NCBI GenBank assembly: GCA_039798785.1
Contig: JBDKFG010000024.1
Location: forward strand, 1-64,000
Direction of reading: 5' to 3'
DNA from: Verrucomicrobiota bacterium
GTDB taxonomy: Bacteria; Verrucomicrobiota; Lentisphaeria; Lentisphaerales; Lentisphaeraceae
Length of the DNA: 64,000 bases
Within the stretch, counting starts at the first letter, position 1. Every line of letters begins with the position of its first letter. The translations under genes and the position numbers were made by a program. This document shows, piece after piece, positions 49,128-58,185 of the stretch. The notes beneath the pieces are model-generated. The model made no database searches, had not been told where the DNA came from, and saw only the letters and a list, made by a program, of their open reading frames with translations.

Positions 49128-50030
49128 ATGCGCCGGATCGTCCGTCTCCTCGCCGCGGCCCTCCTCCTCGCCTCCTGCGCGACGCGAGAGTCAGGGCCGG
49201 TCGCCAATGCCATCGTCGACGACCGTCAGATCATGGAGACCATCGAAGGGGGGATCGACAAGCTCGATCCAGCCTCCTTTGTGGCTCCAGCCACCCTTCT
49301 CGCCCAGGCCCGCAGCCGCAAAGTCGCCGACCTGCCCCGCCCCGCCCTCAGCGACCGGCGAGCCGCGCAGCCGCTCGACCGGCTGTACGCCGATCTGGCC
49401 GACTCCTCGGTCGTCGTCGCCCGCCTCTTCAAATGCGACAAATGCCCGAAATGGCACAGCGCACCCGCCTCCGGCGTGATCATCGGCAGCGACGGCCTGA
49501 TCGCCACCAACTTCCATGTCATCGAAGGACGCGGCAGCCAGAAGTCCGAACAGCTCGTCGTCATTCTCCGCGATGGCCGGATCTTCCCGATCCAGGAAGT
49601 CCTCGCCGCCGACAAGGAGGCGGATTGCGCCTTGATCCGCATCAAGGCCGCCGGCCTCAAGGCTGCCCCTCTCAACCCCCGCTCCCCCGCCGGCAGCCGC
49701 GTAATCGCCATCACCCACCCGGCAATGCACTACTGGAGCCTTACCGAAGGCGTCGTGTCGCGCCACTTCCTCGAGCCGCCACGCGGCACCGACGGCCGCC
49801 GCGTCGCACGACTGGCGATCACCGCCGATTTCGCCAAAGGCTCTTCCGGCGGCCCGATCTTCAACACCAGCGGCGAACTCGTCGGCATCGTCACTTACAC
49901 CCAGTCGATCTATTACGACTCCAGCCATGGACAGGAAACCAATTTCCAGATGACCTTCAAGACCTGCGTCCTCAGCCAGTCTCTCCTCGAGCTCTACCGG
50001 CCGCTCGAACTCAAGGGAGTGAGGAAGTGA
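49128..50030 (+). CDS. Trypsin-like serine protease lipoprotein
   Basis: LLASC lipobox, ATNFHVI, DCALI, KGSSGGP. Confidence 0.88.
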   Translation: MRRIVRLLAAALLLASCATRESGPVANAIVDDRQIMETIEGGIDKLDPASFVAPATLLAQARSRKVADLPRPALSDRRAAQPLDRLYADLADSSVVVARLFKCDKCPKWHSAPASGVIIGSDGLIATNFHVIEGRGSQKSEQLVVILRDGRIFPIQEVLAADKEADCALIRIKAAGLKAAPLNPRSPAGSRVIAITHPAMHYWSLTEGVVSRHFLEPPRGTDGRRVARLAITADFAKGSSGGPIFNTSGELVGIVTYTQSIYYDSSHGQETNFQMTFKTCVLSQSLLELYRPLELKGVRK

Positions 50031-50040
50031 GGGAGTGCCC

Positions 50041-50287
50041 TTCCCGCAGAGCCCGGGCGGGGCTTGCGATAGCGCCCCTCCCGGTTTTGCCTTCCGCCGC
50101 ACAAAAGGCGTCGGCGCCCTGGATCAACAAACTTTCGTGGCTCGATGGCTGGCCTGCCCGCGCCCCTGTCAACGCTTCGCCCTGCGCCTCGCGACGCCTG
50201 ACGCATGACTCGGGGACAGCGTGACTCGCTATGTCTTCGCTGTAGAGGACTTTCACCTTTTACTCCTTGCCGGTTTCTCCGGCGCAC
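50041..50287 (-). mobile_element. Group II intron 5' fragment (domain I only)
   Basis: Minus strand starts GTGCGCCGGAGAAACCGGCAAGGAGTAAAAGGTGAAAGTCCT..GAGTCATGCG..GAAGCGTTGACAGGGG..GAGCCACGAAA..GCCGACGCC..GGAAGGCAAAACC; no RT ORF or DV/DVI. Confidence 0.8.
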
Positions 50288-50378
50288 ACGTGCCTTTTAT
50301 GGCCATCTAGCTTTCTTCGCTTCTTAGTTCCTTCGGGTGATACAGGTCGGTTTTTTTCTTTTTCCCGGGGAGGAGCGC

Positions 50379-50405
50379 TAAAGCCCCGGCGGGAAAGGCC
50401 GAAAG
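50379..50405 (+). promoter_or_regulatory. Sigma28 (FliA) promoter of fliC
   Basis: TAAA-N15-GCCGAAAG vs consensus TAAA-N15-GCCGATAA. Confidence 0.8.
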
Positions 50406-50549
50406 CCCATGGACAGCGGAACCGAGTAGGTTTCGCGGGATCCGCAAGGATTCCTGGTCGTCCGGTAGGTCCGGAGCCGGACGACTAAGCCCATCCGGAT
50501 TGCCGACAAGGAGTTCGGCAGCAACCCCGAGCATACAGGGACGTACACC
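50406..50549 (+). promoter_or_regulatory. Structured, GGA-rich fliC 5' leader (putative CsrA sites)
   Basis: Multiple hairpins and about 9 GGA motifs, e.g. tgccgac-aagga-gttcggca. Confidence 0.55.
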
Positions 50550-51497
50550 ATGTCACTCGCAGTAAACAACAACCCAACCGCCTTCGGCGTGTGGTCAAAC
50601 TTCGCTTCCAACAGCGTCAACATGAAACGCGCCATGGGCCACCTCTCGACCGGTGTCAAGACCGTTCAAGACGACCCGTCCGGCGTCGGCATCAGTGAAC
50701 GCATGCGTTCGCAAGCCCGCAACGTCTCGATGGCCCGCGCCAACGTCGACAACGGTCTGTCGATGCTGCAGACCGCCGACAGCTGGATGCAGAAGATGAA
50801 CGACATGCTCGGCCGGATGAGCGAACTCTCGATTGAAAACGGCGACGGCACCAAGTCGCCCACCGACAAGGCCAACATCCAGACCGAATTCAAGCAGCTG
50901 CAGAAAGAGATGGTGCGTGTCACCTCTCATAACGATGCGGCCGCCAAATTCAACGGTCTGTATCTGTTCCGCGGCGGTGACGGCGTCACCAACGTCTCCG
51001 CCGGCGATGCCGACCCCACCGGCAACGTCTCCCTCCAGGTCGGTCCCGACCAGAGCCAGAAGATCAACCTTCAGCTCAAGGACCTTCAGGTCGACTCGAC
51101 CGAGACCATCGGTTCGGTCCACACCTACACCTACTCGACCGACAACGTCACGCTGACCGCGTCGACCCACTCGGCCGTCACCTGGGGCTCGATCATCAAC
51201 GACGCCAAGATGTCCGTCGGCTCCGCCAACGCCATCGGCAAGCTGGCGAAAGCGATCGACTTCATCTCCAACGCCCGCGCCAACAACGGTGCCCAGCAGA
51301 ACCGGCTGGAATACACCCGCAGCGCCCTCCTCTCCTACGAGGACAACATCCGTGCTTCCGAATCGAAGATCCGCGACGTCGACATGGCGGCCGAATCGAC
51401 CCAGTTCTCGAAGTACCAGATCCTCAACCAGGTGTCGAACGCGATGTTGGCCCAGGCCAACCAGTTGCCGCAGGCGGTCATGCAGCTCGTCGGCTGA
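50550..51497 (+). CDS. fliC: Flagellin
   Basis: LSTG..DDPSG..ISERMRSQ, GLSMLQTAD, GAQQNRLE, SKIRDVDMA, AMLAQANQ. Confidence 0.96.
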   Translation: MSLAVNNNPTAFGVWSNFASNSVNMKRAMGHLSTGVKTVQDDPSGVGISERMRSQARNVSMARANVDNGLSMLQTADSWMQKMNDMLGRMSELSIENGDGTKSPTDKANIQTEFKQLQKEMVRVTSHNDAAAKFNGLYLFRGGDGVTNVSAGDADPTGNVSLQVGPDQSQKINLQLKDLQVDSTETIGSVHTYTYSTDNVTLTASTHSAVTWGSIINDAKMSVGSANAIGKLAKAIDFISNARANNGAQQNRLEYTRSALLSYEDNIRASESKIRDVDMAAESTQFSKYQILNQVSNAMLAQANQLPQAVMQLVG

Positions 51498-51526
51498 TCC
51501 CTCAGTCCTGAGCAAGTGACCGCTAG

Positions 51527-51552
51527 GGGCGGCTGGGAGCGATCCCGGCCGC
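51527..51552 (+). terminator. Hairpin after fliC
   Basis: gggcggctggga-gcga-tcccggccgcc. Confidence 0.55.
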
Positions 51553-51564
51553 CACTATTGCTTC

Positions 51565-51580
51565 TGGCACAGGAGCTGCT
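51565..51580 (+). promoter_or_regulatory. Sigma54 -24/-12 promoter of fliD
   Basis: TGGCAC-AGGAG-CTGCT with exact GG-N10-GC spacing. Confidence 0.65.
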
Positions 51581-51606
51581 GTATATTGCGCCAAGGAGTC
51601 CCCAAC

Positions 51607-53031
51607 ATGAGCACCATCAACACTTCCAGCTACGGCGCCGACAAAGCCGTCGAGCTGCCGCGGATGCGCTTCGGCGGCATCAGTTCCGGCCAGGACACCC
51701 AGGCGATGGTCGACAGCATGCTCCAGGCCGCCCGCCTTCCTGTCAAGAGACTCGAGCTCGACACCCAGCGCGACGAGGAAAAGATTGCCGCCTGGGACGA
51801 GATCGACGTCAAGATTTCCGCCCTTGGAACCAAGGTCAACTCCTTGAGCTCCTTCACCACCTGGAACCAGAAAATCGCTGCCGCCAGCGACTCCGGCGTC
51901 GTCTCCGCCGCAGTCGACCGCACCGCCGCTCTCGGCAAGTACAGCGTCGAAGTCACCACCCTGGCCCAGGCCCACCGCGTCGCCTCCGATGCCCAGAGTT
52001 CCGCCACCGAGGCGCTCAACTTCGCCGGAGACTTCACCCTCAACGGCCAGACCATCACCGTCGCTGCCGAAGACACCGTCAAATCAATCCGAGACAAGAT
52101 CAACGCCGCCTCCGGTTCAATGAGCGACAAGGTCAAGGCCAGCGTCGTCGGCACCAGCCTGGTAATCGAACGAGCCAACACCGGCGACACTGCCATGACT
52201 CTCAGCGACGGCAGCGGCGGCGTCGCCGCCCTCCTCGGCCTCGACGACGGCGCCGGCGGCTTCAAGAACGAACTGCAAGTCGGCGCCAACCTCGACGCCA
52301 AGGTCAACGGCGTAGCCGTCACCGGCACCAGCAACAGCAAGCGCACCGATGTCGTCGAAGGCCTCACCCTCAACTTCACCAAGGCAGGCACCAGCACTCT
52401 TGAAATCACCCGCGACACGTCGTCCCTGGTCACCGCCTTCAAGGACTTCATCACAGCCTACAATGAAGCGATGGACACCGCCGAATCCTACACCCGGGTG
52501 ACCCTCTCCAGCGGCGGCGGCAAGATCACCAGCAAAGGACTCCTGCAAGGCGATGCCGCTGTCACCGCCCTCCGCTTCCGCTCCCGCTCCCTGGTCTCCG
52601 CCAGCTTCCACAATCCCGCCACCGATCCCGGCGCCACTCCCAGTGTCAACACCCTCCAGGACCTCGGCATCTGGACCGAAGGCCGCGACAACCGCCTCGC
52701 CCTGATCTCCGAGGACAAGCTCACCAACGCCTTGAAAAACAACTTCGACGATGCCGAGGACTTCGCCCGCGACTTCAACAAGGGCGTCTTCCGCAAGCTG
52801 CGCGACTTCATCGACACCGCCACCTCGCCGATCGACGGCACCATCGCCCGCCGCAAGAGCGGCCTCGAAGGCCAGATCCAGAAACGCGATGTCCGGATCA
52901 ATTTCCTCAACTTCCAGATCGCCGACAAAGAGACTCAGCTGTGGGAACGCTTCTCCAGCATGGAGGAAACCCTCGCCTCGATCAAATCTCAGAGCAGCTA
53001 CATTTCCAGCTCCCTCGGACAAAAGACTTAA
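51607..53031 (+). CDS. fliD: Flagellar filament cap protein
   Basis: FGGISSGQDT..MVD, YSVEVTTLAQAH, FITAYNE, LLQGD, RFSSME; follows fliC. Confidence 0.93.
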   Translation: MSTINTSSYGADKAVELPRMRFGGISSGQDTQAMVDSMLQAARLPVKRLELDTQRDEEKIAAWDEIDVKISALGTKVNSLSSFTTWNQKIAAASDSGVVSAAVDRTAALGKYSVEVTTLAQAHRVASDAQSSATEALNFAGDFTLNGQTITVAAEDTVKSIRDKINAASGSMSDKVKASVVGTSLVIERANTGDTAMTLSDGSGGVAALLGLDDGAGGFKNELQVGANLDAKVNGVAVTGTSNSKRTDVVEGLTLNFTKAGTSTLEITRDTSSLVTAFKDFITAYNEAMDTAESYTRVTLSSGGGKITSKGLLQGDAAVTALRFRSRSLVSASFHNPATDPGATPSVNTLQDLGIWTEGRDNRLALISEDKLTNALKNNFDDAEDFARDFNKGVFRKLRDFIDTATSPIDGTIARRKSGLEGQIQKRDVRINFLNFQIADKETQLWERFSSMEETLASIKSQSSYISSSLGQKT

Positions 53032-53032
53032 T

Positions 53033-53170
53033 TGGTGCCTCCCTCAAAAGTCTGCGACAGCCGCAAAAGCCCTGCGTTCGCTACGCGAGGCGGATCGCTC
53101 AAAACCGAGGGCCTGGCTCTCGGCCAAGCCAGCTTCGAACGCTGCGCGGTGACTTTTGCGGGAGGCGTCT
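53033..53170. mobile_element. 138-bp MITE with terminal inverted repeats and TAAT target duplication
   Basis: gcctccctcaaaagtc (53037-53052) / gacttttgcgggaggc (53151-53166), 15/16 matches; TAAT at 53029-53032 and 53171-53174. Confidence 0.72.
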
Positions 53171-53340
53171 TAATGGATCGAATCCGGCACGGCGCGGCCC
53201 GGCGGCCATGAAGCCTGAAAGACGGGGCGGTCCGGCGGTCCGGCCCTTCCGGCTCAGCCTCGCGGCAGGTCGCGCTTGTCGCGAGCTTGAACTTCCCGCA
53301 CTTTCCTGTCGACAGTCAAAGCTGCGGAGCCCCCGGCTTT

Positions 53341-53356
53341 TGGCACAAACGATGCT
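53341..53356 (+). promoter_or_regulatory. Sigma54 -24/-12 promoter of the ankyrin/activator genes
   Basis: TGGCAC-AAACG-ATGCT with exact GG-N10-GC spacing. Confidence 0.65.
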
Positions 53357-53444
53357 GATATGGAAACTGCGTCCCCTCCACTTGCGGTCCCGACCGTTTC
53401 GGGGTTACAATGGCGGTGGAGAGCCTAAACGGGAGGGCACTGCC

Positions 53445-54473
53445 ATGAAAGGACTAAGAGCCAGAATGAGCCTGCTGCTGGTCGGAGCCGGAGCGAAAGC
53501 CGAAAGCCGCGACTTGGCAGGAAGATCGCCCCTCGACGCCGCCATCGCCGGCGTCGATCCCCACACCGTCGGCATACTGCTCGCCGCAGGCGCCTGCGTC
53601 GGCAAGCACCAGGACAGCAATCTCGACCCCGCCCTGGTGATCCTGCGAAACGGCAACGAAACCCGTCTCCGAAGCCTGCTCGCCCACGGCTCCTGGTCCG
53701 CGCTGCGCGACCGCGACGGTCGGCAGCTCCTGCACCATGCCTCGCTCCTTGGGCGCCACCGTCTCCTCCCCCTTCTCCTCAAGACCGGCTTCTCGGTGAA
53801 CGAACGCGACGCCGCAGGCGACACGCCTCTGCACCTCGCATGCCGCGGCGGCCATCTGCTTTGCGCCGAAGCCCTCCTTGACCGGGGCGCCCCTCTCGAA
53901 GTCCGCAACCAGGCCGGCGAGACCCCTCTCCATCTCGTCGCCGGCCATCCTCAGCTGCTTCGGCTGCTCCTCCTCAGCGGCGCCGAACCTTCGCGGCGCG
54001 ACCGCCAAGGCCGCGCCTGCGTCCACCGCCTCGCCCTCTCCGGCGACGGCCGCGGCCTCGAGCTCCTCCTCGAACGCCATCCCGCCTGCACCTGGCAACG
54101 CGGCCCCGGCGGCGCCAGTCCTCTCCACCTCGCCTGCGAACGAGGCGACCGCGAACTCTGCGCCGCCCTGATCCGCCATGGAGCCGATCTCGAGACCCCC
54201 GACGACGACGGCTTGACACCCCTGCTTGCCGCCTGTTCCTACGGATCTGCCGAGCTGGTCCGCCTCCTCCTCGACAACAAGGTCCGTGTCGACGTCATCG
54301 ACAACCGCGGGCGCGGCGCCCTCCACCACCTCATCGACGGCGCCAACCCCGATCCCGGCCTGGCCGAGGAGCTGATCCGGGCAGGCGCCGACCCGAACTG
54401 GCGCGACGACGCCGGACGCAGCCCGCTCCACCTCGTCGCCGAACTCCCCGAAGAAATCCTCGTCGGCAAGTGA
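53445..54473 (+). CDS. Ankyrin-repeat protein
   Basis: Repeated GxTPLHLA / GxSPLHL motifs; RBS gggagg before the ATG. Confidence 0.9.
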   Translation: MKGLRARMSLLLVGAGAKAESRDLAGRSPLDAAIAGVDPHTVGILLAAGACVGKHQDSNLDPALVILRNGNETRLRSLLAHGSWSALRDRDGRQLLHHASLLGRHRLLPLLLKTGFSVNERDAAGDTPLHLACRGGHLLCAEALLDRGAPLEVRNQAGETPLHLVAGHPQLLRLLLLSGAEPSRRDRQGRACVHRLALSGDGRGLELLLERHPACTWQRGPGGASPLHLACERGDRELCAALIRHGADLETPDDDGLTPLLAACSYGSAELVRLLLDNKVRVDVIDNRGRGALHHLIDGANPDPGLAEELIRAGADPNWRDDAGRSPLHLVAELPEEILVGK

Positions 54474-54532
54474 GCCGCCGGTTTTCCGCCGCGCGCGCTA
54501 TCTTGAGGCCCCCCCCTGAAACAGGAACCGTC

Positions 54533-55522
54533 ATGGCCAAAAACCTGCCCGACTCACTCTCCCTGAACAGCCTGACCAGCCGCAATCCGCTGATGCGCCG
54601 CTGCCTCGAACGAGCCGCTCGCGTAGCCGCCACCGACATGCCGGTCCTGATCGTCGGCGACACCGGCACCGGCAAAACCCTTCTCGCCCGGGCCATCCAC
54701 AACTCCAGCCCGCGCCAGGCCACCGGCAGTTTCATCGCCGTCAACGTCAGCGCCATCTCCGACAGCCTGGTCGAGTCCGAGCTCTTCGGCCATGAAAAAG
54801 GCGCCTTCACCGGAGCCATCGGCCAAGTCCGGGGCCGCTTCGAACTCGCCGACCGCGGCACTCTTTTCCTCGACGAGATCGCCGACATGTCTCTGGTCAA
54901 CCAGGCCAAGGTGCTGCGGGCGGTCGAGACCGGCGATTTCGAGCGCCTCGGCTCCGAAACCAGCCTGCGCAGCGACGCCCGGATGATCGCCGCCACCCAC
55001 AAACCCCTGGGCGAACTGGTCACCGCCGGCCGTTTCCGTGAAGACCTCCTGCACCGCCTCTCTGGCCTCGTCCTGCGCGTTCCGAGCCTGGCCGAACGCC
55101 GCGAAGACCTGCCGGGCCTCGTCGCCTCGGAAGTCAAAAGCTGCGCCGAAGCGATGAAACGGAAAATCACCGCCATCCACCCGGAAGCCCTGGCTAAGCT
55201 CACCGCCCACCCCTGGCCAGGCAACCTCAGAGAACTGCACCGGGTGATCCAACGCGCGCTGCTCTTCAGTGACGGCGAAGCCCTGATGCCCGAGGTCATC
55301 GATTTCAGCGACGACATCCGCATCAGTCAAGCCCCCGCAAACACCACATCCCCGGGACCGCAATCAAGCTCGATCCCTGGCGAGGACCTCAGCCTCTCCG
55401 CCGCCGAGAAGCGCCACATCCAGAAGGTCCTGGCCACGGCAGAAAGCAAGTCTCACGCCGCACGCCTCCTCGGCATCTCCCGCACCACCCTCGACCGCAA
55501 GATCGAGGAATATCAGCTCTGA
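54533..55522 (+). CDS. Sigma54-dependent activator (AAA+ and Fis-HTH, no sensory domain)
   Basis: GDTGTGKT, ESELFGHEKGAFTGA, LFLDEI, WPGNLREL, AARLLGISRTTL. Confidence 0.93.
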   Translation: MAKNLPDSLSLNSLTSRNPLMRRCLERAARVAATDMPVLIVGDTGTGKTLLARAIHNSSPRQATGSFIAVNVSAISDSLVESELFGHEKGAFTGAIGQVRGRFELADRGTLFLDEIADMSLVNQAKVLRAVETGDFERLGSETSLRSDARMIAATHKPLGELVTAGRFREDLLHRLSGLVLRVPSLAERREDLPGLVASEVKSCAEAMKRKITAIHPEALAKLTAHPWPGNLRELHRVIQRALLFSDGEALMPEVIDFSDDIRISQAPANTTSPGPQSSSIPGEDLSLSAAEKRHIQKVLATAESKSHAARLLGISRTTLDRKIEEYQL

Positions 55523-55674
55523 ACCTAGAAATCTAAATGCCGCGGTTGAAATGACATTGAAGCCCATCTCGTTTCAATCAATTCAATCAACTCAGATTGG
55601 CTGTTGCAGATTGCGGATGCGGCTCAACCGTTCGACCTGTGAAATCCAGGGTGAAGACTGCTCTGCTGAGCGGC

Positions 55675-56427
55675 TCACTTGAGCTTCAGCAACGTCTCGT
55701 CTTGCCCCTTGATCGTCGCCAGCGGCAGCTCCCCCAGGGAGCCGTCCCAACGGCTGAAATTCATCAATCCCGAAGCCTGCGGGTAGTGACGGTCGCTGAT
55801 GAAGCGGTCCACCAGGGCGTAATTCGATGCGCTGTTGGGAACAAAGCCATAGTAGGTGCTCGGCTGCGCCCGCGTCTGCGCCCCCTCAATCATGAAAATC
55901 GACTCCGACGGCCTCTCGATCGCATCGCGCTTCAAGCTGCTGCCGTTGTAGCCGGTCCGCGACCCGTGAATGTTGGGATTGTAGGCGATCCCATCCATGT
56001 CGAAGGCCGCTGCGGTCTTGATCATCGGACAGCAGTAGATCTTGCCGCCTGTCGTCATCCGACGATCTTGCCTGCCGATCTGCAAGACTTCGTTCATGCC
56101 GATGAACCAGCCTTGCGGCAGAATGTCGCCTCGCTGCATGTCGGTGATCGACCAGAAAAGGGTGATGCCGCTCAGACTGTCCATCTGACCGTTCCGATTG
56201 GCGTCGTAACCGCCCTTGGCCAAGAGCTCATAGCCGATCGACAACTGCCGGAGGTTGCTTTTGCAGATGACGTTCTTTGCCGCTTGACGCGTCTTCGACC
56301 AGGCCGGAAAGAGCAGGGACGCCAGGATCAGCACGATGATCACCACGATCAGCAGCTCGACAAGGGTGAAGGATCTCCGCTGGGTCCCTAGCGGAGATTT
56401 AGCGGCGCGGCCATTCGAAGTGCTCAT
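55675..56427 (-). CDS. Prepilin-type N-methylation / H-X9-DG-like protein
   Basis: FTLVELLIVVIIVLILASLLFP..CKSNLRQL; RH..MNFSRWDG. Confidence 0.85.
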   Translation of the reverse strand: MSTSNGRAAKSPLGTQRRSFTLVELLIVVIIVLILASLLFPAWSKTRQAAKNVICKSNLRQLSIGYELLAKGGYDANRNGQMDSLSGITLFWSITDMQRGDILPQGWFIGMNEVLQIGRQDRRMTTGGKIYCCPMIKTAAAFDMDGIAYNPNIHGSRTGYNGSSLKRDAIERPSESIFMIEGAQTRAQPSTYYGFVPNSASNYALVDRFISDRHYPQASGLMNFSRWDGSLGELPLATIKGQDETLLKLK

Positions 56428-56648
56428 ACGTATCCTCCTTCGCTTGTTATCCTCTCAAGCCCCCCGCACGGACGCGCAAGCAGAAATTCCAGGCCTGAGC
56501 TTCAAGTGAAGCGTCAATCCAAGCCCAAAATCCTCTTCACGCCTTCGTTGGGAGACCTGTTCCACTCCTCTCGTTCGCCTCCCGCGACAGGATCTCGCAG
56601 GACAAAAAAAGTTCGACCTGCCTCACTCGAGTTTCAGGATCACCGCTT

Positions 56649-56720
56649 AGGGAGTTGGGGAACTGGGGAGTTAAGTTAAGGAGTGCTTTAACACCCCAAT
56701 TCCCTCCTCCCTGACTCCCT
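56649..56720. repeat. Gene-less inverted repeat of 8-mer (RGGGAGTT-like) units
   Basis: agggagtt-ggggaact-ggggagtt-aa ... ttaacaccccaattccct-cctccctg-actccct. Confidence 0.65.
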
Positions 56721-57031
56721 GAAAAGCAGCTTGAATGCATCTCAGTCCAAGCTCAATTCGGTGTGATGCACGTCGAAAAAAGTTCGCCCTCCCCAATATC
56801 CCGCATGGCTGCTCGGAAGCCGGCTCGGCGGATTACCCGGGAGGATGCCAGTCATTTGCGCCCTGCGCCCTGAACGGGCCGGCGAGAGGTAGAGAGCCTA
56901 GCTCCCTGAAACGCGAGAGGCCAGCCCCAGTCCTTCGGCATTTTCGGCTTCAGCTCTTCCAGATCCAGCAAGACCAGATGAAGAGATTCGTAGTTGTTGG
57001 CCTCGGATCGATATCGCTTTCTCTCTCCATG

Positions 57032-57059
57032 AAAAAGCCGCCCGTCTCCGAGCGGCTTT
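57032..57059 (-). terminator. Intrinsic terminator of korAB
   Basis: aaaaagccgc..gcggcttt; U-tract on the minus strand. Confidence 0.75.
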
Positions 57060-57064
57060 CGATC

Positions 57065-58126
57065 TCACTTCTTCTTCGACACGAAGGGCTTCCAGGCGTC
57101 TTCGAAGACCTCGTCGGTCTCGATCTTCCAGGATTCGCTGCCACGGAGGAGTTTGTCGATGTTGCCGGGGCCTTTCTGGGCGAGGACCTGGGCGGCCTGC
57201 TCGTTGACATCGGTGTCGTAGGCGGGGCGCTCGACCTGGCGGAGGATGCCCATCGGGGTGGGGGCGTCGGGGAAGCTGAGCTGGGCCAGGGCCATCGCCA
57301 GGGCCGGGCTCTGGGCCTTGGGATTGTGGACCAGGATCTTGCTTGGATCGGTGAGAGCGGTGTCGCGGACGACGATGTCGAGGCCGTCGAGGACCAGGCA
57401 CTTGGCCTTGTCCTTGCCGAAGAGAATCGGCTTGCCTTCTTCGAGCTCGACCAGGCGCTCATCCTTGACTTCGCGGTCGACCACGTTGTCGAAGGCGCCG
57501 TCGTTGAAGATCACGCAGTTCTGCCAGATCTCGACCAGGGACAGGCCCTTGTGCTGACGCGCGGCCTTGAAGACGGCGTCCATGTGGCGGGGATTGGTGT
57601 CCCAGGTGCGGGCGACGAAGGTGGCGCCGGAGGCGAGCGCGAAGAGGAGCGGGTTGACCGGAGCGTCGACCGAGCCGTAAGGGGTCGACTTGGTCACCTT
57701 GTTCTGCTCGGAGGTGGGCGAGTACTGGCCCTTGGTCAGACCGTAGATGCGGTTGTTGAAGAGGAGGACGACCATTTCGACGTTGCGGCGGACCGCGTGC
57801 ATCAAGTGATTGCCGCCGATCGACAGGCCGTCGCCGTCGCCGGTGACCATCCAGACATCGAGGTCGGGGCGGGCGACGCGGAGGCCGGTGGCGACGGTGG
57901 GAGCGCGGCCGTGGATGGTGTGGAAGCCGTGGGTGTCCATGTAGACCGGGAAGCGCGAGGAGCAGCCGATGCCGGAGATGACGACCTGCTTCTCTTTCGG
58001 GCGGCCGAGGTCGGCCATGGTTTTCTGGACGGTGGCGAGGATGGCGTAGTCGCCGCAGCCGGGGCACCATTTGACGTCTTTGGCCGAGGTGAAGTCTTTC
58101 TTCGTGTACTTGATGGGGGCGTTCAT
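57065..58126 (-). CDS. korB: 2-oxoacid:ferredoxin oxidoreductase beta subunit
   Basis: WCPGCGD, SGIGCSSR, HTIHGRA, GDGDGLSIGGNH, YGLTKGQ. Confidence 0.95.
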   Translation of the reverse strand: MNAPIKYTKKDFTSAKDVKWCPGCGDYAILATVQKTMADLGRPKEKQVVISGIGCSSRFPVYMDTHGFHTIHGRAPTVATGLRVARPDLDVWMVTGDGDGLSIGGNHLMHAVRRNVEMVVLLFNNRIYGLTKGQYSPTSEQNKVTKSTPYGSVDAPVNPLLFALASGATFVARTWDTNPRHMDAVFKAARQHKGLSLVEIWQNCVIFNDGAFDNVVDREVKDERLVELEEGKPILFGKDKAKCLVLDGLDIVVRDTALTDPSKILVHNPKAQSPALAMALAQLSFPDAPTPMGILRQVERPAYDTDVNEQAAQVLAQKGPGNIDKLLRGSESWKIETDEVFEDAWKPFVSKKK

Positions 58127-58147
58127 GGTTGGAACCTGTTTGTCTTT

Positions 58148-58180
58148 AGATCGGTCGGATCAGTCCGATCGGACCGATCT
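58148..58180. repeat. Self-complementary 9-mer tandem repeat between korA and korB
   Basis: ag-atcggtcgg-atcagtccg-atcggaccg-atct. Confidence 0.65.
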
Positions 58181-58185
58181 GTTTT

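Noticed and set aside
50406..50549. c-di-GMP riboswitch upstream of fliC
   Set aside because: I could not find the GEMM consensus (GGCAAAC..GAAA..GACGCAAAG); sigma28 plus GGA hairpins explains the region better. An Rfam search would settle it.
52941..53444. N-terminal extension of the ankyrin ORF
   Set aside because: It runs through the fliD end, the MITE and a promoter; the RBS-supported ATG is at 53445.
56810..56930. Possible ncRNA or REP remnant downstream of korB
   Set aside because: Only weak, degenerate palindromes; no boundaries or second copy could be defined.
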